From assembly GCA_046153645.1 (NCBI GenBank), contig JBJXGI010000053.1, positions 15,512 to 79,511 on the forward strand: a stretch of DNA of 64,000 nt, written 5' to 3'. Below are positions 27,867-36,600 of the stretch, piece after piece (positions within the stretch are counted from its first letter, which is position 1; each line of letters opens with the position of its first letter). Source of the stretch: Elusimicrobiota bacterium. GTDB taxonomy: Bacteria; Elusimicrobiota; Elusimicrobia; F11. Below the pieces are notes generated by a model. That model made no database searches and was not told the origin of the DNA. It worked only from the letters and a program-made list of their open reading frames with translations. The position numbers and the translations under genes were made by a program.

Positions 27867-29380
27867 GCGTAAACTTTCATAGCCTCTTCAATTTTTTCCG
27901 TTATTTCAGAACCGTAACGATGCAATTGCATCTTATCAGGCCCCTCAATCATGATTCTCAGTAAGGGCTCCGTTCCTGAATAACGCACAAGAACTCTTCC
28001 CTGAGAACCCAGTTCACTCTCAATTTTTTTAATACATGAATGCGCCGCGGGTAGTTCATTAAGAGGAACACGTTTTTTAACCTTTAAATTCATTAACACT
28101 TGGGGATATTTCTTAATAAGTTCAGAAACATGAGAAAAAGGAAGTTTTGTTTTCTTGAAATATTTTAGTACTTGAAGGGCTGTCAAAAGCCCATCTCCCG
28201 TGGGAAGGTACTGCCCCATAATAATGTGGCCCGATTGTTCTCCCCCTAATATCGCTCCGGATTTTTGCATGGCCATAGAAACAAATCGATCACCGACAGA
28301 AACTTCTTCGCAAGAAATTTTTTGAGCGGCCAATGCCTTTTTAAGGCCTAAATTAGCCATCACTGTAATTACAACTTTATTCTTAACAAGAGCTTTTGAT
28401 TCCTTCAAATGCCCAGCGAGAAAAGCAATAATATGATCGCCATCCAACGAATGCCCTTTTTCATCAACGAAAATAACTCGATCGGCATCTCCATCAAATG
28501 CAATTCCTAAGTGACAATGTTCTTTACGAACCAATATTTCTAAATCAGAGGTATGCTGAGAACCGCATCCAACATTAATATTTCTTCCATTGGGCCTAGC
28601 ATGAATGACATGCAAATCTGCTCCTAAACGTCCCAAGATACGCGGGGCTAACAAAAAACTAGCTCCATTCGAACAATCCAAAGCAATTTTCAAACCATTC
28701 AATTTGATTCCTTCTAAGGTATCAATAAGAAAGGATTCATACACTTCTCTTAATTGTTCCACTTTTATCAACTTATCTTTCGAACTTTTAAGTGGAGGAG
28801 TCGGTTTTTTATGCCATTGAAAAAGAAGAGATTCAACCGTTTCTTCCCAAACATCAGGCCACTTTCGAGCTGACGCATTAAAAAATTTGATTCCATTAAA
28901 TTCAGGCGGGTTATGGGAAGCAGAAATCACAATACCAGAATGGAATTTCTGAGAGCGAACCAAGTGCGCAGCTCCAGGGGTACTTATTACACCAACAGAA
29001 AAAACATCAATTCCTTTTTGCTGTAACCCTTTTGCGATCATTTTTTCAATCCACTGACCTGACAAACGAGTATCCCGTGCAATAAGAATCTTAGGCCGAC
29101 CTTTCTTGACATGGTCCCTTAACACTTCTCCTGCAGCAAGACCAATATAATAAACGTCTTTTTTACTTAATGGCGATTTACCCGCAATTCCGCGAATACC
29201 ATCAGTTCCAAATAATTTTGGGGCTTTATTAGACAAGAGAATGAAATTCCTTTTGATTGAGTTAACATCAGATATGCATCGATAAGGGATTATACCAGAA
29301 AAACCAAATTCCTCCGAGGAGAATTGATAAAAAGAGTCTTTAAACACCAGGGCAGACGTTAAGGCAAATGAGCCAGCCAT
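27863..29380 (-). CDS. glmM: phosphoglucosamine mutase
   Basis: LFGTDGIRG, the active-site sequence ISASHNPPEFNGIKF, and FDGDADRV. The track start at 29380 adds about 48 non-conserved residues. A TTG at 29236 (MSNKAPKLFGTDGIRG) with AAAGGAA upstream is the more likely start. Confidence 0.9.
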   Translation of the reverse strand: MAGSFALTSALVFKDSFYQFSSEEFGFSGIIPYRCISDVNSIKRNFILLSNKAPKLFGTDGIRGIAGKSPLSKKDVYYIGLAAGEVLRDHVKKGRPKILIARDTRLSGQWIEKMIAKGLQQKGIDVFSVGVISTPGAAHLVRSQKFHSGIVISASHNPPEFNGIKFFNASARKWPDVWEETVESLLFQWHKKPTPPLKSSKDKLIKVEQLREVYESFLIDTLEGIKLNGLKIALDCSNGASFLLAPRILGRLGADLHVIHARPNGRNINVGCGSQHTSDLEILVRKEHCHLGIAFDGDADRVIFVDEKGHSLDGDHIIAFLAGHLKESKALVKNKVVITVMANLGLKKALAAQKISCEEVSVGDRFVSMAMQKSGAILGGEQSGHIIMGQYLPTGDGLLTALQVLKYFKKTKLPFSHVSELIKKYPQVLMNLKVKKRVPLNELPAAHSCIKKIESELGSQGRVLVRYSGTEPLLRIMIEGPDKMQLHRYGSEITEKIEEAMKVYA

Positions 29381-30585
29381 CGATCAGCGGAAACAACCCA
29401 TTGAATGAAGCCATCTGTCTTAATTTTTTTGCAAACACCCTGTTTATGAAGAAGTTGAATTGATACTGAAACCCCAAGTTTTTTTTGAAAATAAGAAAGC
29501 GATGGGGAGACGTCTTCTTCTGACGTTTTACATTCAATCAAACAAAGTATTTTTTTATCTTTAACCAAACAAAAGTCCACCTCGCGCTTCTCTTTGTCTC
29601 GGAGGTAGTGGAGGGAAATTTTTCCTTCTCCCATTGCTTCCCATGTTTTGACTGCTTTAAGGAGATGAAGAGCCACGACATTTTCAAAGCGATAGCCCGT
29701 CTCAGGAATTTCCACCCAATCGTAAAGATAGACTTTCGTTTCTTTTCTGAGTGAACGTGCCAACGTCCCTGTGTATGGAGTGACGCGGAAAAGGTAAAAG
29801 AAACGATCGAGAAGAAGTAGCCAATCACGAACCGTTTCAAATGCAACACCAATGTCTTCTTTTAAAGCGTTAATAGAAAGAGGGCTTCCAACACGCTCTG
29901 GAACAAGATGCGAGAGCATTTCGAGGAGCGAAAGGTCTTTGATGTGAACCATACTTCGGATGTCCTCTCTCAAAAGAAGACTCTTTCTCTCTTGAAACCA
30001 TCGATTGTAAAAACTTGTTGTCCCACGCAAAAACGGCTCAGGGAAACCACTGTACTGAAAAAGATCATCATATTTTGATCGAACAGACCCCGTTGACTCC
30101 GGAACGTCTACCAGCATCTCTTTGAACTCCTTGAGAGTGGTCCGTTTTTCATGTAGCTCTCCTAAACTCAAAGGGAAAAGTGGGATACTGAAATAACGCC
30201 CCAACAGACTGTCTCCGCCTTTTTTAAAAAGTTCAAGGCGACCGCTTCCTGTTACCAAAAAGCGAAACTCAGTCTTAAAATCATCATATGCCCCTTTCAA
30301 ATAATTTTTCCATCGACTGTATTTGTGGATTTCATCAAACACAACCAAAAACGGTCTTTTGGGATCCCGGTTCTCTTTTTGAAAAAAATAAGGATCTTTG
30401 AGCAGCTTCTTTTGATTGATCACATTATCCCAGTTAAAGTAGATACCTTGACCGAAATGGTTTCGATAATCTTGAGCCAGTGTCGTCTTCCCCACCTGAC
30501 GTGGCCCGCTTAGGAATGCCATCTTATTGAAAGCTTCAACTGTCTCTTTTAAAAGAGGGAGAGTGGTTCGTTTAATCATGAGCAT
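29359..30585 (-). CDS. AAA ATPase of the COG1373 type (AAA_14 + DUF4143-like C-terminal domain), paralog 1
   Basis: 408 aa with Walker A SGPRQVGKTT, Walker B LVVFDEIH and C-terminal EKREVDFCLV. It is co-linear with the ORF at 61057-62223. The real start may be the second ATG at 30579. Confidence 0.75.
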   Translation of the reverse strand: MLMIKRTTLPLLKETVEAFNKMAFLSGPRQVGKTTLAQDYRNHFGQGIYFNWDNVINQKKLLKDPYFFQKENRDPKRPFLVVFDEIHKYSRWKNYLKGAYDDFKTEFRFLVTGSGRLELFKKGGDSLLGRYFSIPLFPLSLGELHEKRTTLKEFKEMLVDVPESTGSVRSKYDDLFQYSGFPEPFLRGTTSFYNRWFQERKSLLLREDIRSMVHIKDLSLLEMLSHLVPERVGSPLSINALKEDIGVAFETVRDWLLLLDRFFYLFRVTPYTGTLARSLRKETKVYLYDWVEIPETGYRFENVVALHLLKAVKTWEAMGEGKISLHYLRDKEKREVDFCLVKDKKILCLIECKTSEEDVSPSLSYFQKKLGVSVSIQLLHKQGVCKKIKTDGFIQWVVSADRWLAHLP

Positions 30586-30613
30586 ATTTTAGACCTAAGT
30601 CTAATAAAGTCAA
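30586..30613 (-). promoter_or_regulatory. sigma70-like promoter candidate (TTGACT-16 nt-TAAAAT) abutting the ATPase start codon
   Basis: The minus strand reads TTGACTttattagacttaggtcTAAAATatgctcATG. The -10 box ends 6 nt before the second ATG. Confidence 0.4.
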
Positions 30614-30628
30614 GACTTTTTTAGACTT
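30597..30628 (-). promoter_or_regulatory. 15-bp-arm imperfect palindrome between the giant-gene stop and the ATPase start
   Basis: The minus strand reads AAGTCTAAAAAAGTC-TT-GACTTTATTAGACTT, with one mismatch. It overlaps the -35 candidate. Confidence 0.6.
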
Positions 30629-30636
30629 GAGTCGAA

Positions 30637-33600
30637 TTAAGCGCCAACAGCCACAACTCGCGCCAACCCAATAACAAACCCGAGATTTCGAACTGGAAAC
30701 TCTGACATGGCTGACAGCAATTCTTCTAGAGAAAGGTATTTGATGTGGTACAGAATGGAGGACTGAGTGGGTCCTGATGCCATCAGTTGCAACAACAGAT
30801 CTCTTGATATCACAAAATCCGGCAACAGTTGATTGCTTGCTTGTAAGGCGGTCATCGTTTGCTCAAAGACGATTTTGTTTATTTTTCCTTTTGAGAAAAG
30901 GCCCTTTTGTGGCATCAGTTTAATCTGCCACTGAAGGTTTTTTCTCAGGAGTTTCTCAAATTCTTTTTGATCATTTTCATCTATGACGAATTCGAAATTC
31001 ATGGAACGATTTAGATACTGCTTTAACTTTTTACTTCTTAAATCTTTAGCCCGAAGCACCATTTGAACCGCCTTTCCTTTCAAATGTCGCTTGTTTATGG
31101 TGTTTTCGTCTGGTGATCTTGCCACCTTTTCTGCCAACTCCAAGGCCTCTTCTGGTTCCAATTTACGCTCTTTATCTTTTAAGGTGTTTTCTAATTCCCG
31201 CACCAATAATTCCAATTTTTCCGGGTCAGATTGGCTTATCGCTTGGCGCGCCAAAGGATTATCCAAGCCCATTTTGACAACTTGTCCCGTGAGGCTATTT
31301 AAAATGTCGCCGGCCCGCTTAGATTGAATTAAATCCGCTTGCTCTGAAATTCCCCACTTCTTAGCCACATCCGTCAAAACCGCCTCTACAACCAGTACGA
31401 CCACATTGGCAAACAGAAAATAGAAGGAAACAAAGAGAACAACATAATCGACGAGAGAATGAGAAAAGAAAATAAGTGCGGGGATATAAACGAGAAGTGA
31501 AATAATAACCATGAAAATATTTACGTAGATGCCGTACATGGCAGGCGGCCCGCGTGTTTCCCACGGCATTTTTCCGGTGAACATACCTCGAATTATTTTC
31601 AAGGTACCATAATCGAGTCGTTTTCCTTCAGTCGGCCCACCAATCAAGTGCCCGCCTTCATGAGAGGTGATTCCACCGAAAAAAACTGTTCGGACAAGCC
31701 AATTTAACCACATGAGATTATTTCTTTTCGCCCAGTTGGAATTAAAAATATTGGCGAAGAGGGAAGGGGTTTCTGATGTTAAAGTTGCGGGTGATAAAAG
31801 CGTCTGATTCTGTCTTCGGAATATTTCCAGATAAAGGGAGATTCTTTCAAGAATCAATGCTAAGTCAGAGTTAATTCGATCGTAACCGATTCGTTGCGCA
31901 ATAATTTTGATGAGGTCAAAACTTGTTACCACCTGCCCTCGATGCGCGGAGAGAAACGCCTCGCGTACCAATTCGCGAATGAACAATCGACGAAGAAATG
32001 GCGGAAGGTTAAAACGATTTTGGAGATAAACTTCCTCTACCACATCAAATGGCACATTAATATTTTTAATATCAAACGCTGTCGATGGGAACTCCAAACG
32101 AAATACTGTTTTCCCATTCTGAGAGAGAAGATCAAAATGGGCACCCAACCATTCCGATATCATTTCGATCTGATTTAGTGCAACGCCATTTTCCCCAGAA
32201 AGATTAAAATATTTTTTATCTTCACCTCTAATGGTTGTAAACCGCCAAGCAGTCAATATTGAAAAAATGTCAGCTGCAGATAAATCGGTCTTATGACCTA
32301 GTTGAGTAAGAATGCGAATGGATTTCCAAATTTTTGGCTCTTCTCTATTATAGTGAACAACTTCATCCGTATCACCCGTACCTTCTTGCAGCCGAAGGCG
32401 TAACGATCTTATGATGACAGGAATCTGTTTTCGAATTTTTTCAGGATCGATGACACCGGGATTTGAAATTTCTAATGCCAAGGTTCCCAATTTATAATTT
32501 TTGAAAATTCTAATTTTGATCTCGCTGGTGGACCACTTAGGATTTGATCGCGCCCATGCATCGTGAGCATTTTTTAGAATTTCGCGGACGCTATGCATAA
32601 GTAAATATATGGCCCAAGGATCGTGAGCCGTCACATGGGCTTTTTGGTTTATGAAATCTCCGAGCTTTTTATCACCATATTCAGCACTTAAAATATAATC
32701 TTTATCTTCAGAAGATCCTTCCCACACCAGAACCATTTCGTCTTTGGAGTCGTTTTGTGAATTGCCAAACGTCAGTGGCCGCTGTCCTATTTTCCACGCT
32801 CTCTTATTAAAATCACGGTGCGCCCTAACGCCACTCCACCAAGAAATTGCCGCTGCTTTTTTGATCTCTTTCCATCCCACTGTCAGCCAGTCTCTTTCCT
32901 CATCATCTTTGGGGTCGTGTTTTTCGACAAACCCCTCTTTCGCATGTTCCCCCGCTTCCCAAATTGGCGCGAAACGGATGGAAATGAATTTTTTTCTTAA
33001 TGTCCACACAGCCAATGGAATGGTGAAGGCAAATGAATAAAAAACAGAACTATGATAAGTTGCGATAAAAAGAAATGTAGCATTAAAAATAAAATGAATT
33101 ACTCCAAAGAAGATATAACCAGAAGTGTAGGTAGACTGAAGTGTAGCTGGAGATTTTATTATTTCCCCCTGATATTTTCCTTTTAGAGCGGTTTCATTTT
33201 TATCTCCATATTGCTGCTCAATCAATAGTTGATTTAAATTTGGGAATAAATTGCGAACAGCCAACACAACGGGATTCCTGGTCTGTTGATATAAAGGTAA
33301 TGTTACAGGTGTAATTTTCTCCAGTCTTCTCCCTGGAAATAAATTATTTTTATCTATAGGAAGGTGAGAAGCATTAAAATCAAAGAATCCATGAAGAACA
33401 TACCCAGTCCAATTAATTTTAAATTGAGAAATTTTATTTGGCTGGCCCTGAGTTAAAGTAATTGAATTGGCTTGGGATGAACAATTACCAAGACCCTGAA
33501 GAACGAATCCGAAAAATTGAGCCGGAGTTAAATGTTCAGCTAAAACAATGCTTTCGGCATCCCAAATAAAAGGAAGTTCTTCACCGTTTATTTTAATGGT

Positions 33601-36600
33601 CCCATAATTAGCTCTGTAAAGCTGCATATGGACAATTCCGCGTTCGGCAAGGCGTTTATACAACAAACCATTATCGTTATTAATTTTCTCAAGAACGCGG
33701 TGCAACTCAGAAGTTTTTCGAAGATTTTCTCGCTCAGGCGCATTTGCAGCCAGATATTCCTTTGTAAATGGTTGATATTTTGAAAATTGATTGTTTATGT
33801 TCTCTATTGAACTTGTAATCAAATCTCTAGGCGGCAATCCCAATACAACCATTCCTGCCGATCTATCTTGTGGCGTAGTGTCACCAGGCAATTCATAAAG
33901 GCACAAAGGAGGAGGCGTAAGAAACCCCTTTTTTAAAAGTGCTTGCCCTCCTAAAAATTCCGCAACAGCGTCTTCGAAATTCAACCCATATAAAGGATTA
34001 AAGTGATATTCCTCTGTGTAATAAATCCCACTGGGAGTGAAGTTCTCATCTCCAGGCTGAAAATGAGCTGGGACTAGACCCTCTCGTCTTAACCTTTCGG
34101 CAGGATCAAAAATGATAGCTGCGTTTTCTAAAGTACCGCCTTTCACTTTGATCGTCTTGAGAGGGAACCCATTAATCATGACAACGTCTGGAAGATCAAT
34201 TTCTAAACTACGTTCAAACTTATTGCTGTCGCCTTTGTGGGAATTGCGCCGGTCATAATCAACTCCAAGTTTTAATTTTGAAAATGGAGTTTTCACAATT
34301 TTTTCTATTTTGTCTTTCAGCCAAGGGTAAATTGCAATCAATTGTGCATAAACATCCGTTGTTTCATGCAAAATAAACTCGCGACTTTTGTCATTTTGTG
34401 GCAATGGTGGCTGTTCCGCGGTGGGAACATTAGTTATATCTACCGACACTAAATCGACTACGCCGTTCAAAACAGCGCTAATTTGTGGAATGATGGAAAA
34501 GTCAATCGCATTCAGCAATTCCTCTGCTGCTTCGTTTCCTCTCAAAAGTGTGGATTGCATGCGCCTTTTTAATTCATCTCTGGGTTCTTTATTCCTAATA
34601 GCTTCAAGCCATGCCCCTGCAATTTCATTAAGTCGTGGCAAGGAAGACTCACCAACACCCACATGTTTTATGGCCATCATCAACTGATTCAAAGCATCGA
34701 GAGCGTTAGGGTTTATGGAATCGGGTGCCAAGGGTTTATAAGGTTCTTTTTTCTTTCGACTAAACAAATCCCAAATGGCTAAATACGCCCCCTCTTTCAA
34801 GGCCGATTTTGAACCGGATGTGGCTGCACTTAATAAAAACATACCTACGTTGTAAGACATGTGAACCAAAATAGCAGAGACCAAACTGTTTGATTCGACA
34901 TAGGTCAGAACAATTAAAGTTGTGCCTCCAGTTTGAAGGCCCAGACGAGCGATGAAGGCAGTAACAAAATTTATATTTTTTTCGACAGCATCTTTTTTCG
35001 CCAAACTAAAACTTCGCGGAATGTGGAATGCAAAAAACGTAAAACCCATAAGAATGGGACTTAAACCCCATATCCCTATTAAAAGCTCACGAAAAATCAA
35101 CTCTTCCAGAAAAGGTAAAAAAATAAAAATGCTACCCACAGAAAAAATAACCACCCTTCGTTCATAAACAACTTTCACAAATTCACCAGTCCGATCAAAC
35201 CAGGCTGACAAAACCCCCCGCGGAAATTTAATGGCCACTTTTCCGGCAAACCCAGAAAATTTTTTAACAAGTTCATAAAGCGCGAAAATACTGGCTTGCG
35301 AGGAAGGGATGGGCGCTTCCGCCAAAAACAGTTTTTCTCCTTCAAACAATTGGTCGAGCGGAGTTTTTTCTTGCGCGAACACAGTGAGATAGGACGACCC
35401 ATTTTCTGAATTGACCTTCGTGATTTTAGGAGTAAAAGAAATAACCGTGTAACCTGCTTCGCTTAAACGTTGGTCGATGCCGGCCGAATGGAAACCACCC
35501 GTAACCAAAACTGCGTTTTGGTAATTTCCAAAACCCAAATCACAATGATCAATTGATTTTTTTAGTTTTGGAGATTTGTTTGTTATTTGATATTTGGTAT
35601 TTGAGTTTTCAATGATCTTTAGAAAATTACTTGCCATTTTTTCATCTCGAATTTCCGCTTGCTTATAAAAATTCTCAAAAGACTCTAAGGCAAACCCCTC
35701 CCCGCCTTCCCTCCCCACCGAAAAACGTGGGGAGGAATTTATATATTCTCCCCATTCTTCTTTTGTTAGTGAAAAGTCCACTAATTTTTTAGTTAAAGAT
35801 AATGCGTGTGATTCTTTAATCAATTGTTTTTCAACGTCTGTGTTAGCGAGTGAGGAATAAATTGATTCCTCCATTTTTTCAATACTTTTGAATAAATCAT
35901 CTGCGTTAATTTGGTCGCTTAAAAGCACATACTGAAGATACGAATTCATCGCAGGATAGCGGGACAACGCAATTTCTTTTTTATCGCAGAGATTTTTCAA
36001 ACGAGCGTAAAAATCGGCATGAGAAATATTTCCCAAACGATAAGCCACACTGGTCGCAATCAGAGATTGAGACTCAAAAGTGCCTAGCTTAGCCAAGAGC
36101 TGTGAGAGAAGTTGACCTCGCTCCCTTTCAACGGCAGCGAAATTAAGGCGGGATTCCAAATGAATCGCTTTCAAGAATATTTGAATCTGAAAATGCTCAT
36201 TAAAACCCTTATCCGTGTCGTCGCCCCGGCGGAGGCCGGGGTCCAGGTCGTTAACCGGCTTTTTAGAAAAAAGTTTAAAGCTGGAAAGAAACTCCACATA
36301 TTTCCCCAAAGACAAAGTATCGCCACGGTACAATTCGACCTGGCAATCAAAATCGTAAAGAGCTGCATTAAAAATTGTTTTCTTCTTTTGAGCAAGTTCG
36401 GTTCTTAGCTCATTTAACTGCTGCTTATTCTTTTCAATATGAGAGGCCGATTGCCGGTAAGCTTCTACATTTGCCTTATAATGAGCGGAATCATCAACCC
36501 CGATAAATCGAGGAAGGGTTTGCCCCGAACGCAGTTGAAGAGTGAAACCCGTATAAATCGGCCCAGAGACTTTATTTTCCCGAAGCAAATAGTTGGCCAC

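Noticed and set aside
35520-35600. AT-rich segment encoding KSPKLKKSIDHCDLGFGN, absent from paralog A, examined as a fourth inserted palindrome
   Set aside because: Only a 7-bp inverted repeat (CCAAAAC/GTTTTGG) with a loop of about 30 nt is present. That is too weak to distinguish from chance in AT-rich sequence.
36217-36250. RGD tripeptide (LRRGDD) in giant protein B as a possible integrin-type adhesion motif
   Set aside because: The tripeptide arises from translating a GC hairpin. Three residues occur too easily by chance to carry meaning.
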